A program made the position numbers and the translations under genes. The notes under the pieces were generated by a model, which saw nothing but the letters and a program-made list of their open reading frames with translations, ran no database searches and was not told the origin of the DNA. A stretch of DNA of 54,875 nucleotides from a virus. Taxonomy: Duplodnaviria > Caudoviricetes. Positions 1 through 8,834 of this stretch are shown here, piece by piece (position 1 is the stretch's first letter; each line of letters starts with the position of its first letter). The stretch lies in the IMG/VR virus record IMGVR_UViG_3300009537_000013, positions 1 through 54,875 of that record; one strand, 5' to 3'.

Positions 1-350
1 AGCGGCGCAGGTGGGGGCGGAAGCGGATTCGGGATAGGTGCCGGCGCTGGCGACCCCGGATCATGGGGCTGTGGAACGCTCGGATCAGGGTTGCCCGGGT
101 CGCAGGGATCTGGAATGAAGCTCGCGCCTGCGTCCCCGTTCACGCTCGCGCAGGGATCAGCCGGCGGGGGAGGCGAGGGAGACGGCGATGGCGGGTTCGG
201 CAGCGGCGGAGGAATCGTCGGGTCTGGGCTACTCGGATCGTTCGGATCCGGAATGAAACTTGCTCCGCTGTCCGAATCTCCCTGGCCAGCGACAGTCGGA
301 ACGAACACGAACAGGCCCGCGAGCAGCAGGCCCAGCAGAATAAATCGCAT
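1..350 (-). CDS. 5' part of a secreted proline-rich protein that continues across the junction into 54875..54260 (321 aa total)
   Basis: ATG at 350 preceded by GGGGAG. Signal peptide MRFILLGLLLAGLFVFVPTVAG, a duplicated GASFIPDPxDP motif and a Pro-rich linker. No stop before position 1. Confidence 0.8.
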   Translation of the reverse strand, partial: MRFILLGLLLAGLFVFVPTVAGQGDSDSGASFIPDPNDPSSPDPTIPPPLPNPPSPSPSPPPPADPCASVNGDAGASFIPDPCDPGNPDPSVPQPHDPGSPAPAPIPNPLPPPPAP

Positions 351-359
351 GGTCTCCCC

Positions 360-572
360 CTATGCGTCTAGCTTGGCTTCGAGATCAGAGATCTCGTTCT
401 CGATCTCGCGTAGCCTAGCGCGTAGCTCCTGACGGTACGCCAGTCCCTTCGTGGTGCTCGGGGGAGTGTTCGGGCCCAGTCCTCCGTCGAAGCTAGCCAC
501 GCTCCGAGCTAGAGACTCGCGCTCGTCGCGCAGGGCCTCTAGCTCGTCGGCGTCCATCCGAATCCAGGTCAC
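360..572 (-). CDS. Hypothetical coiled-coil protein
   Basis: 70-aa ORF, GTGA-coupled to the upstream gene, with a heptad-like C-terminus. Confidence 0.65.
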   Translation of the reverse strand: MTWIRMDADELEALRDERESLARSVASFDGGLGPNTPPSTTKGLAYRQELRARLREIENEISDLEAKLDA

Positions 573-805
573 GCCTGCCCGCCCCCAGTGAGGCAGTCCT
601 TCTCGTGCGCGATGCCGCGCTCGTTCAGGATCGAGTCAATCGCGGACTCGTGGCGGTCGCGCCGATCTGCGCACTCCTGCGTCCCTGCGATCATCCGCGC
701 CTCGAACTGGAGGATATTCCAGTAGGCCACGGCCTCGCGGTCGCTCATCTGGTTCAGGTTCTCGCGGAGGGTCATCGCCTGCTCCTTCTCTGGGGTTCCG
801 ATCAT
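569..805 (-). CDS. Hypothetical protein (start at 805 if leaderless, or at 775 after AGAAGGAG)
   Basis: Lies directly downstream of the conserved promoter element. The longer 892 start would run through that element. Confidence 0.65.
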   Translation of the reverse strand: MIGTPEKEQAMTLRENLNQMSDREAVAYWNILQFEARMIAGTQECADRRDRHESAIDSILNERGIAHEKDCLTGGGQA

Positions 806-890
806 GCTCATATCATCGGCGACTGTACCCGGGTACACAATCACCCTTTTGGGGGATTCGCTTTCCGGCTCGATCACCGATACTTGAACC
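806..890. promoter_or_regulatory. Conserved element copy 1, divergent promoters
   Basis: Inverted repeat ATCACC-N6-GGGGAT at 840-857 and palindrome TGTACCCGGGTACA at 824-837. CCGATGAT-N6-ATG points left and CCGATACT-N6-ATG points right. Confidence 0.8.
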
Positions 891-1073
891 ATGACGAGCA
901 GACCTCACATTCCGGACGATCGGCGCTTCATGGACTTCGAGACGCGAGCGATCGATGATCCTCGCTATCGCGGGAAGCGCGAAGAGGAGAAGGCTCCTCC
1001 GTTGCGCGGGGATGCCGAGCGCGCCCGGAAGCTGCGAGAGCGCACGGCTCGTCTGAGAAAGGAGCGCTCCTGA
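891..1073 (+). CDS. Small basic hypothetical protein, leaderless
   Basis: ATG lies 6 nt after CCGATACT. First gene of a translationally coupled plus-strand operon. Confidence 0.65.
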   Translation: MTSRPHIPDDRRFMDFETRAIDDPRYRGKREEEKAPPLRGDAERARKLRERTARLRKERS

Positions 1074-1312
1074 TGATTCTTCCTGTCGGAACGCGCATCT
1101 ATCACGAGAAGGGCGGCCCTGGAACGATCATCGGCGGCCATATGCCGCGCGCTGGCTACAGGGTCAGGCTAGACGAGAAGCGCTACTCCTTCTCCCCTGA
1201 CACTTTCGTCGCGCGGCCGATCTATCTGACTCCGCTCGATCCGAAGCTGCGCGCCAAGTGGGAGTCCGGTTGGCCGCCGTTCGTGGATCGCTCGTGGGCA
1301 AAGGAGATCTGA
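1073..1312 (+). CDS. Hypothetical protein (SH3-like by pattern)
   Basis: TGATG overlap. Pattern VGTRIYH..GPGTII..YRVRLD. Confidence 0.6.
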   Translation: MILPVGTRIYHEKGGPGTIIGGHMPRAGYRVRLDEKRYSFSPDTFVARPIYLTPLDPKLRAKWESGWPPFVDRSWAKEI

Positions 1313-1611
1313 TGCCAAGCCAGAAGATCATCGACCATGCTGAGCGCACCGTGGCAGTCGGCGTTCGCGTCCGCGTCGATGGGAAGATCGGAACCGTTCG
1401 CGGGATCTCGGACTACGACGTGGACTACAGCGACGAAGCTCAGCGCGCCGTCATGTTCCCGCCGAAGATCACGGTCGCCTTCGACCGGCAGCCGCTTCAG
1501 GAGATCGCGGAAACCTTCGACGTTACGAAGGTCACATGGGCGGACTACCCGGACGGGCCCTCCGTCTACACGTTCATGGCAGAGGGACTGGAAGTGGTTT
1601 CGGATGACTGA
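1312..1611 (+). CDS. Hypothetical protein
   Basis: AAGGAG SD and TGATG overlap at 1312. Confidence 0.65.
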   Translation: MPSQKIIDHAERTVAVGVRVRVDGKIGTVRGISDYDVDYSDEAQRAVMFPPKITVAFDRQPLQEIAETFDVTKVTWADYPDGPSVYTFMAEGLEVVSDD

Positions 1612-1888
1612 GATCGAGCTTGCCAGCGATCGCCGGCCGGAAGAGCGCTTCCGGATCTACCGTCTCCGCGACGGCGAACTGAAGTGCATCGCCACAACGC
1701 CAGACCCCGAAGGGATCGGGCTCGCGCTCTACACGCTCCGCTCCGAGGGCGAGATCACGAACGATGATCGGACTGGCGTGCTCGACTGCTTCCACGAACC
1801 GGAGGATCTCGCCGAGAACGCAGCCCTTGCGTTCCCGCAGATGACGCCGACAGGAACCTGGATCTCGAACCCGTTCGCCCGAGGATGA
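1604..1888 (+). CDS. Hypothetical protein (MTEIELASD...)
   Basis: ATGACTGA overlap with the upstream stop. This is the C-terminal part of the 1337..1888 ORF. Confidence 0.65.
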   Translation: MTEIELASDRRPEERFRIYRLRDGELKCIATTPDPEGIGLALYTLRSEGEITNDDRTGVLDCFHEPEDLAENAALAFPQMTPTGTWISNPFARG

Positions 1889-2139
1889 GCAGCGACTTCG
1901 GCATGACGGAGGATGAGTGGCTCGACTTCCGAACGAGCGAATTCATTCACCCCTCGTTCTTCTACCAGATCGGCCTCTACCACGATCCTTCAGAGATGCT
2001 GCGTCTGGTCTACACGACTCCGACAGCGCTCGGGCCCGCGCTTCTCGCAGCGCGGTCTGACGGCTACCGTCTCGTCGCTGTCCGCCGTGTCGAGATTGAA
2101 GATCTCCCTCCCGGTTTCCTTCTCCCGGGATGGGAGTAG
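1885..2139 (+). CDS. Hypothetical protein
   Basis: ATGA overlap with the upstream gene. Confidence 0.6.
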   Translation: MSSDFGMTEDEWLDFRTSEFIHPSFFYQIGLYHDPSEMLRLVYTTPTALGPALLAARSDGYRLVAVRRVEIEDLPPGFLLPGWE

Positions 2140-2179
2140 GGCCCGAGCGCTTCGGGGGTTCCGTTCCGCGCTCGGGCCC
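2139..2179. terminator. Hairpin between convergent operons
   Basis: Perfect 12-bp stem GGGCCCGAGCGC / GCGCTCGGGCCC. Confidence 0.6.
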
Positions 2180-2203
2180 GCCCCTCTGAGCCGCAGGGTT
2201 AGC

Positions 2204-2431
2204 TCAGACCGGGAACCACGTTCCGCCTCCGCCCTCGGGCCCGTAGTCCGCCGGGTCGCGACGAGCAGCGTCTACGATCGCCGGATGGGCGTCCGTGGGG
2301 GGAAGCCAGATCCGCAGTTCGCTATCCCCGAGATCGGCCTGCACGACTCCGCGAACGATCTTCTCGCCGTTCACTTCCGAGTCGCCAGCGCGGGCCTCTT
2401 CTCCAGTGTTGAAGTTGACGATCTGAGGCAT
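2204..2431 (-). CDS. Hypothetical protein
   Basis: AAGGAGG SD upstream. Last gene of the late operon. Confidence 0.6.
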   Translation of the reverse strand: MPQIVNFNTGEEARAGDSEVNGEKIVRGVVQADLGDSELRIWLPPTDAHPAIVDAARRDPADYGPEGGGGTWFPV

Positions 2432-2446
2432 GGGGGAGAACCTCCT

Positions 2447-3340
2447 TTACTGGACTGTCTGGACGATCTTATGCTCTACCACGGCTGGACGAGACTCCGA
2501 GGCTATCCGATTGAGATTCCTTTGGGGAGTCAATTCGAGCAGGGGCCCGCCGATAGGCTGTCCGCGAAATCCCTTTCTCTCGCTCCACAGCGAGCCTTCT
2601 ACCTCGGAGAGCTTGTCTGGGTCTGGCTTCGGCAGATTGTCCCGGTAGCCCCATACCCACGAGCCCCCGTTAATCACTGTCCGGCATCGTCGCGCTATCC
2701 CTGCCGCGTCATTGGACACGCCTAGCGTGATGAAGCCCTGCCCGTTCGGCTTGTGATTGTGACCGCGCAGAACGATGTCCGCCTCAGTCATCGATAGCTC
2801 CTTCTCCGCCTGGTTCACGAATGCGCCTGAAGAACGCCCGCCCTGCCAGCCGTGCTGAATGTCGATCAGTTGCGGGACTTTCTGGGTCTTGGTTAGCCAG
2901 AACGTCACATGTACGAAGCCCCGGTAGTCAACCCACTTGTCTGCGATTCCGAGGTTCGCGCATAGCTCCAGTCCGAACTTTCCTCCGTTCTTCGAGTCCA
3001 TCTTGTGCTCGTGGTTGCCGTCCGCGAACCCCCAGCACTTCGACGCGATCGGGGAGAGCATCTCTTCGAGATGTTCGAGGGTAGCCAGTCTCACGTCCAC
3101 TGCCTGCCGGTAGCGGGGAGCTAGCTCTGTGGGCTGATAGCGGCGATCATTGAACATGATGAGATCTCCGCCGTCTCCGCCCATAGTCCAGCGGGCGAAC
3201 TCATCCTCTTCGATCTCTCTCACTCGCTCTCTGAACTCCGCTTCCGCGAAGTCCGGGGCTCCAGCGTGAAGATCCGTCAGATGATGCAGCCGCCACACTG
3301 CTTTGGTCGGAGACTTCTCCTCGATCCTGACTACCCTCAA
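2447..3340 (-). CDS. Calcineurin-like metallophosphoesterase
   Basis: Motifs TDLHAG, GGD..D, GNHE, QHG and GHNH. Confidence 0.8.
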   Translation of the reverse strand: MRVVRIEEKSPTKAVWRLHHLTDLHAGAPDFAEAEFRERVREIEEDEFARWTMGGDGGDLIMFNDRRYQPTELAPRYRQAVDVRLATLEHLEEMLSPIASKCWGFADGNHEHKMDSKNGGKFGLELCANLGIADKWVDYRGFVHVTFWLTKTQKVPQLIDIQHGWQGGRSSGAFVNQAEKELSMTEADIVLRGHNHKPNGQGFITLGVSNDAAGIARRCRTVINGGSWVWGYRDNLPKPDPDKLSEVEGSLWSERKGFRGQPIGGPLLELTPQRNLNRIASESRPAVVEHKIVQTVQ

Positions 3341-3369
3341 TTCTCTCTCCCCCTTGCTAGCTGGCTACG

Positions 3370-3852
3370 TCATCGTCGCAACGTCGGCGATATCGCCTCC
3401 GGAGGAACCGGCTGAACCGGAACCTCTACACCGCTTCCGGGGAGCGGATCCTCGCCCGGTGTCAGGAACGCCTGAGCGACACGCACAAGCGCTGTCCCGA
3501 TCGCGAGCACGCCGGCCAACCCGGCAGCCTTCGCGGCTCCCAGATCCGGTGCTGCGAGCACCGCAAGCCACATGGCGAGAAACCCTCCGAGGAGCGTCTG
3601 AAGCGCAGTAAACGCAACTTCGGTGTAGGACTCAGGGATCCCGAAACGATCGATCAGCGCCTCGGAGATCTCCGGCACGAACACGCGGATCGCCCGGATG
3701 GCCGCTGTGATTGCGGCGATGGAAGCTGCTCCGGCGAGCCCGAGCGCGATGCTCAGGTTCGGAGCGTTCAGGATGCCTGTCGCGAGCGCGAGGAACGCAA
3801 TCAGTGCATCACGTAGCGCCGCACGTCCGGCGGCGCTGAGGATGACTCTCAC
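3370..3852 (-). CDS. Holin-like membrane protein
   Basis: Four hydrophobic segments in two internally repeated halves, downstream of the endolysin. Confidence 0.65.
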   Translation of the reverse strand: MRVILSAAGRAALRDALIAFLALATGILNAPNLSIALGLAGAASIAAITAAIRAIRVFVPEISEALIDRFGIPESYTEVAFTALQTLLGGFLAMWLAVLAAPDLGAAKAAGLAGVLAIGTALVRVAQAFLTPGEDPLPGSGVEVPVQPVPPEAISPTLRR

Positions 3853-3876
3853 GAGTCTCTCCTTTCGTCGTGGACA

Positions 3877-4149
3877 CTAGCCTCTGATCCAGAGAACCTT
3901 CACGAGTAAGCCTGCGATCATCGCCCCCAGAGCACCGATCGTTTTCAGCGCGTCATCGGGGGCGAGGTTCAGAGCCGCCACGGCCGCGACGGCAGACACG
4001 AGCATGAGCCTCTGTTCATTCTTGAACGACCTGAACTCTGAGCGCCACGCCTCGATCGTAAGCCTTAGCTCGTTCCTGGTCACGAAGCCGCCACTCCCGG
4101 GATCCTGCATGTAAGACGACTGTGGCAAGGGGGGACGCTCATCGCTCAT
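3877..4149 (-). CDS. Small membrane protein of the lysis cassette
   Basis: Two C-terminal hydrophobic segments. ATGA-coupled to the endolysin. Confidence 0.6.
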   Translation of the reverse strand: MSDERPPLPQSSYMQDPGSGGFVTRNELRLTIEAWRSEFRSFKNEQRLMLVSAVAAVAALNLAPDDALKTIGALGAMIAGLLVKVLWIRG

Positions 4150-4925
4150 ACCGCCACCACCTTCGGAGCCGCTGCCACCTGCGAAATCCGCTTACAGGCG
4201 TCGGCGTAGCCAAGCGGAGACGTGACGCCGTAGTGAATGTGATCCAGCCTGAAGTCCTGATCGCCGAGATAACCGATCACCTGGCCGGCCTTCACCCGGG
4301 CCCCCACCGTGATTCCGCCAGCACGCCGGCCCTGATGTGTCACGTAGTAGCGATAACTCTGCTCGGTCGTGAAGTACGTGCTCCAGCCGTACGCGCCGCT
4401 CGGATCGTTCACGTCCCACGTCGGCGGAGACCCAGAGAGCCTGTCAACTACGCCGTCCTCCACGGCGAGCACCGGAGAGCCTGGTGGGCCACAGAAGTCG
4501 ATTGCGCAGTTCCCGGGAATGCCTCCAGTCTGATGATGCCACTGGCAAACGTAGATGCTCGCGCCCAGCGGGAACGGATACACGATCTCCGGTGCGCGAT
4601 GGCGCTCCGCGTAGCTGTCCCACAGCCATTCCGTGAACGCATCGACCGCGCCGGCTTCACGCAGCTTCTTCGCTAGGAGCCCGTCGCATCTGGACGAGAT
4701 ACCAAGCCCGACGCCGGCACGCGCTTTCTTCACGCTCTGCCCGAAGAAGTAACCGAACGTCATGCGCTTCCGTGGAGGCTGCTCCCTCAGTTTCTTCAGC
4801 GAGTAAGCGTCTCCGTTCACCGTGTAAACAGCGCGTTTCCAGCCGATGATGTCCTGTCCCGCGAAGCGCGGCACTTTGTACCAGACTACGCGCGGAACCC
4901 ACGTCGAATCATTCCTGGACGGCAT
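4146..4925 (-). CDS. Endolysin, M23 peptidase
   Basis: H...AIDF, GSPVLAVEDGVV, GARVKAGQVIGYLG and HIHYG M23 motifs. The basic N-terminal region may bind cell wall. Confidence 0.85.
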   Translation of the reverse strand: MPSRNDSTWVPRVVWYKVPRFAGQDIIGWKRAVYTVNGDAYSLKKLREQPPRKRMTFGYFFGQSVKKARAGVGLGISSRCDGLLAKKLREAGAVDAFTEWLWDSYAERHRAPEIVYPFPLGASIYVCQWHHQTGGIPGNCAIDFCGPPGSPVLAVEDGVVDRLSGSPPTWDVNDPSGAYGWSTYFTTEQSYRYYVTHQGRRAGGITVGARVKAGQVIGYLGDQDFRLDHIHYGVTSPLGYADACKRISQVAAAPKVVAV

Positions 4926-5139
4926 CCGGACTCTCCTCCCCCGTCTCCTCTTCGTCGGCTACCCAGACCGGCCAGCCGACGTTCTCCCATTCATGGACTT
5001 CCTCGATGAACCCTGCTTCTGTCCACTGTTCGATATGGGGATCATCTGGCCTGAAGTAGACCAGATCGCCCGGACGCTTCTTCGTTCTGCCGTCCGGCTT
5101 GAAACGGATCCGTATGCGGTAAAGCCGCAGCTGCATCAC
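4909..5139 (-). CDS. Hypothetical protein
   Basis: Fills the gap between tail and lysis genes with coupled overlaps. Confidence 0.55.
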   Translation of the reverse strand: MMQLRLYRIRIRFKPDGRTKKRPGDLVYFRPDDPHIEQWTEAGFIEEVHEWENVGWPVWVADEEETGEESPDAVQE

Positions 5140-6716
5140 GGCTTCCCGTTGTATTCGACGCCGAGCGCATGGATGTTCTCTACCCCCGTGTTCGAGTCCG
5201 TGCCATGCGTGCCGTCACGAACCATCTGGAACTCCAGTGTGTCGCCAATCTGGAAAGCGGCCTTGTCCACGACGTACTCGACTACAGCCGTGTTCGTGTC
5301 CGTGACGGAGCGAGAAACGATCGTGGCTGACTGCACAACAGAGACGGCAGTTGCATCCCGGTAACGATTGATCGTCAGGTTCAAACGGACAAGGCCCGAG
5401 CCCACAGTGTTCTTATGGTATGCGCGAAATGTCAGGTCGCCATCTTCGTAGTCCTCGGGAACGATGTAGCTCCAGAAGATCGAGTGAACGGCTGCGTCCG
5501 GCAGCGACGGATAGCCAAGCGTCATATCGGTTCCGCCCCTGTTCACGGCCTGCTTATTCAGGAGCACGGACGCCAGCTTGTCGCGGGTGATTGTCCCATC
5601 GACAATCGTGATTCCAGACAGCGACCCGCCGACAATATCGCCCGTGGCGTTCGTTCCGAGCATCGATGAGAGCGTGGCTATCTCGTCCTGATCGAGTACC
5701 TCGTGAAAGATCGCCAGTTCCGCAATGGCCCCGTAGTAGAAGTTATCCCGCTGGCTGACTCCGAAGTCTGATTCGAGGTTATTGACAAACAGCGCGCCTA
5801 GATAGTTCGTGGGGTCAACCGTGCATGGCGTGGTGTCCATAAGCTGACCGTTCTTATAGGCGAGAAGATTTACCTTGTCCCACGTGAACGCCAGCGCCAC
5901 CCATGTATCAGGCTGCAACCATCCGAAGTTAGCTGTGAATAGGCCCACTCCTGTCTGATCGCCCCAAACCACCCTCCCTACCTGATGGTAACGATCTGCG
6001 AACATGCCCCATCCGCCCATGAATGAGCCACCGTTCACGCCGAACGCCCCGGCCAGCCCCTCCCCATAGCCACCATTCAGCGTCAGATCCACCGATGAAC
6101 CGGAAAACGGCTTGGCGAAACAGAACACTGTGAACCTGTCCTCACTGCCGCCTGAATAGGGAGCGGCAGCGGTGACATTCGCGGCAGTGAGAAGCGGGTA
6201 ATACGCAGCGGTTCCCGAGGCTGCTGGGCTTCCGTCGAATTGCCAGCCTGGCTTGTCCCCAGTTGTCGTGCTCGTCTGAATGAACTGGGTTTCCCAGCCG
6301 AGACGATCTACGGGCCCGAACGGAGGCTTGTCCGCGTCCGCGCCTTTGATCGGCGCTACGCTTGCAGCCGACCCGCTGCCACCTGATATACCGGCCGTTA
6401 GATCTAGCCCAACCCCGTCTGTGGGCCAGCCATTCCCTGAGCGTTCAAGAATGACGTTCGATTGTGAGCCGCCAGTGACAACACTGGGGTCAACGTCGGC
6501 GTCGATGAAGCGATACCAAAGCGACAGGCCCGCAAGGCTAAGAAGGTAGTCCTCCCAGTCCGTGCCATACTGGATGATTCCGCTTCCGTCCGTCGGCACG
6601 CACGCGCATCCAGCGGGCAGCCCTCCGCCGGCAGCCTGGAACTCCAGATTCCGGATTCGTTCATGGTGATCCCGTAGAGAAGATTCGAGATTCTGCGACT
6701 CGATTGGTCTCGTCAT
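5136..6716 (-). CDS. Minor tail / receptor-binding protein with a LamG (concanavalin-like) domain
   Basis: WVALAFTWD..LLAYKNGQL and YYGAIAELAIF..VL. N-terminal DHHERIRNLE coiled coil. Position after the tail-tip genes. Confidence 0.75.
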   Translation of the reverse strand: MTRPIESQNLESSLRDHHERIRNLEFQAAGGGLPAGCACVPTDGSGIIQYGTDWEDYLLSLAGLSLWYRFIDADVDPSVVTGGSQSNVILERSGNGWPTDGVGLDLTAGISGGSGSAASVAPIKGADADKPPFGPVDRLGWETQFIQTSTTTGDKPGWQFDGSPAASGTAAYYPLLTAANVTAAAPYSGGSEDRFTVFCFAKPFSGSSVDLTLNGGYGEGLAGAFGVNGGSFMGGWGMFADRYHQVGRVVWGDQTGVGLFTANFGWLQPDTWVALAFTWDKVNLLAYKNGQLMDTTPCTVDPTNYLGALFVNNLESDFGVSQRDNFYYGAIAELAIFHEVLDQDEIATLSSMLGTNATGDIVGGSLSGITIVDGTITRDKLASVLLNKQAVNRGGTDMTLGYPSLPDAAVHSIFWSYIVPEDYEDGDLTFRAYHKNTVGSGLVRLNLTINRYRDATAVSVVQSATIVSRSVTDTNTAVVEYVVDKAAFQIGDTLEFQMVRDGTHGTDSNTGVENIHALGVEYNGKP

Positions 6717-7919
6717 CTAACCCTCCGGCGACACAAGGAGCCGCTCGATCCGCTCAACCCCCGTGTCATCGATATTGATAGGGATGCCGTACACGCGCTG
6801 AAGCCCAGATAGTTCCTGTCGCAAGCGGTCGGACGCGAACACCTGCACGCGATCGCCGATGTCATACGCATTAAACGGAGGAGGAGCCCGTTCCGGATCC
6901 GGCGAGAACGTCACCGTCTGCTTCCCGTACTGCCGCAGAAGCAGCTGCGTTTCCGCCAATGACTCCACGGCTGCCGAGACTGTCCAGCCCGGGAACGCCT
7001 GCTGCGCCCACCATGCCCGGAACTTCGAGACCGATCCCAGCGATGTCTTTCGAGGAGCAGCAGTCACAGTCGAGCCCGTGTAGAACTGGATCACGTTCGC
7101 TCGCTGCGTCCCGTCCACAAGATCCTGAATGCCGGCAGCCGAGCGAACCGGCTTGTCCCACGAGAAGATCGCATCGTATTGATCCTGGCCGGCTTCGTTA
7201 TAGATCGAAAGCTCTGCGATGATGCCTGGACGGTTCAGGGGATCCCACACGGGGTTCAGCACAATGTCCATCGTCCCGGTCTCGATCAGCTGATCCCACG
7301 CCTCGCCCACGGATGAGCCCTGACGAAAGTTAATGTCCATCTGGCTTGTGTCCTCGATCGTGCCACTCCAGTAGACCGTGCCGCCGTAATCGGGGCCCGG
7401 ATCAATGAATGCTTCTCCGTCATTCAGGATCGTGTTTCGCAGTAGGGTCGCCGCGATCACGTTCCCCTTCGTGTCATCGTAAGACTGCCCGTTCTCTCCT
7501 GGCAGTGTCCCGTCGAGCTGCTGCACCGGACGCCCATACAGATACTTCCACGGATCGAACGCCGAGACTTGTGTACGTGCTGTCACATCATCGCCTATGT
7601 CCTCTATCTGCATGATCTGTCCGCCGAAGCGACAAACCCAGACCGGGGCGAGCGACGAGGCGGGGAACAGCGTTTCGCGACGGAAGCCCCAGAGGATCCG
7701 GGTTCCCTCCGCCACGAACGGATCCGAGTCGGTTCCTTCGGCAGCATCGATGTTCACGTAGGGATCGTCGCTCCAACAGGTGAACGTCCCCACCGCCGGC
7801 TTATTGAGCGTGCGCGTGATCGTCCGATTGAACGCGCGCGTATCGAGGATCGTCTGAACCTCTGAGTCGAGGTTCGTGACTACGAAGCGCCACTGAGGGG
7901 AATCATAGAAGCGAGCCAC
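6717..7919 (-). CDS. Minor tail protein (tail-tip hub, Tal-like)
   Basis: Second gene after the tape measure. C-terminal YDIGDRVQV..RVYGIPI pattern. Confidence 0.75.
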   Translation of the reverse strand: MARFYDSPQWRFVVTNLDSEVQTILDTRAFNRTITRTLNKPAVGTFTCWSDDPYVNIDAAEGTDSDPFVAEGTRILWGFRRETLFPASSLAPVWVCRFGGQIMQIEDIGDDVTARTQVSAFDPWKYLYGRPVQQLDGTLPGENGQSYDDTKGNVIAATLLRNTILNDGEAFIDPGPDYGGTVYWSGTIEDTSQMDINFRQGSSVGEAWDQLIETGTMDIVLNPVWDPLNRPGIIAELSIYNEAGQDQYDAIFSWDKPVRSAAGIQDLVDGTQRANVIQFYTGSTVTAAPRKTSLGSVSKFRAWWAQQAFPGWTVSAAVESLAETQLLLRQYGKQTVTFSPDPERAPPPFNAYDIGDRVQVFASDRLRQELSGLQRVYGIPINIDDTGVERIERLLVSPEG

Positions 7920-8834
7920 TCAGCACCACGCATAATTCCAGAGCATCTCTGCCGTGGGAGCAGCGAACGTTCCCTTCCCAGACACCTGGATCAGATTGTC
8001 GCCCGGGAACAGCGGCCAGAAGGTGCTGTTCTCCACATCGATCCCGGCGATCCTGTTATCACCCGAGCCGTTCAGGAACGCCGTCTCCCGGAACGTGTCG
8101 ATCTCCACGTAGTTCGGCGTGCTGATGAAGCTCGCGCCGGGAAAATCGTCGTCATAGATGATCTCTAGGTCATAGGTGTCGTTTCGCAGCGTGAAGCCGT
8201 CCGTGTCGCCGTACACCTTCCAGACCGGGAACATCGGGCACGAGCCCTCGTTCGTGATCGTCGCGCTCCACGAGCTACTCGTGGTCTCCGTGATCGACAG
8301 CCAGTACGGGAACGGGCTATCGAGCGTGAACGTGACGCCCATGATCTCTCTCTGCTGATCGAACTCCCAGAGGGGCCCTTCCAACAGGCGAACACCGTCG
8401 AGGATCCGTGAGCAGTCATCCCGTTCGCAGTAATAGATGATCCGTCCATCGAGTCCGGTAGCCGGATCCGGCCGGCGGAGATTCTGAAGGGCACGGTCGA
8501 GCCCGTCCATGAGCATCTGAAGCGGCTCGTCGCACGCCGGCTTCTGCCCCAACCCGGCACCGCTCGTCACCTGCCACAGATACGCCGAGAACGTCACCTG
8601 CATCCCGTCCACGAAGCGGAGATGCTGAGTGGAGCCATCCTTCGCCGGCAGCGGATTCGGGCCCGTGTGACGCATCCTGAGCCCAGCAGAGCATTCGTCT
8701 GTCCGCAGTAAGTACGCGCCTTGATACTCGGGGGGAAGCGAGCCGGAGCCGAAGCCGGGAAGATCGATCGTCTGGTTCAGGAAGATATCCTGAATGCCAT
8801 TGTCGATGTCGAAAGCCTTTGAGAAGTCGATCAT
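7920..8834 (-). CDS. Distal tail protein (Dit-like)
   Basis: First gene after the tape measure. SPFPYW, ITNEG..PVW and FWPLFPGDN motifs. Confidence 0.8.
   Translation of the reverse strand: MIDFSKAFDIDNGIQDIFLNQTIDLPGFGSGSLPPEYQGAYLLRTDECSAGLRMRHTGPNPLPAKDGSTQHLRFVDGMQVTFSAYLWQVTSGAGLGQKPACDEPLQMLMDGLDRALQNLRRPDPATGLDGRIIYYCERDDCSRILDGVRLLEGPLWEFDQQREIMGVTFTLDSPFPYWLSITETTSSSWSATITNEGSCPMFPVWKVYGDTDGFTLRNDTYDLEIIYDDDFPGASFISTPNYVEIDTFRETAFLNGSGDNRIAGIDVENSTFWPLFPGDNLIQVSGKGTFAAPTAEMLWNYAWC

Noticed and set aside
5136-6716. Diversity-generating retroelement targeting the receptor-binding gene
   Set aside because: No reverse transcriptase and no template/variable repeat pair was seen.
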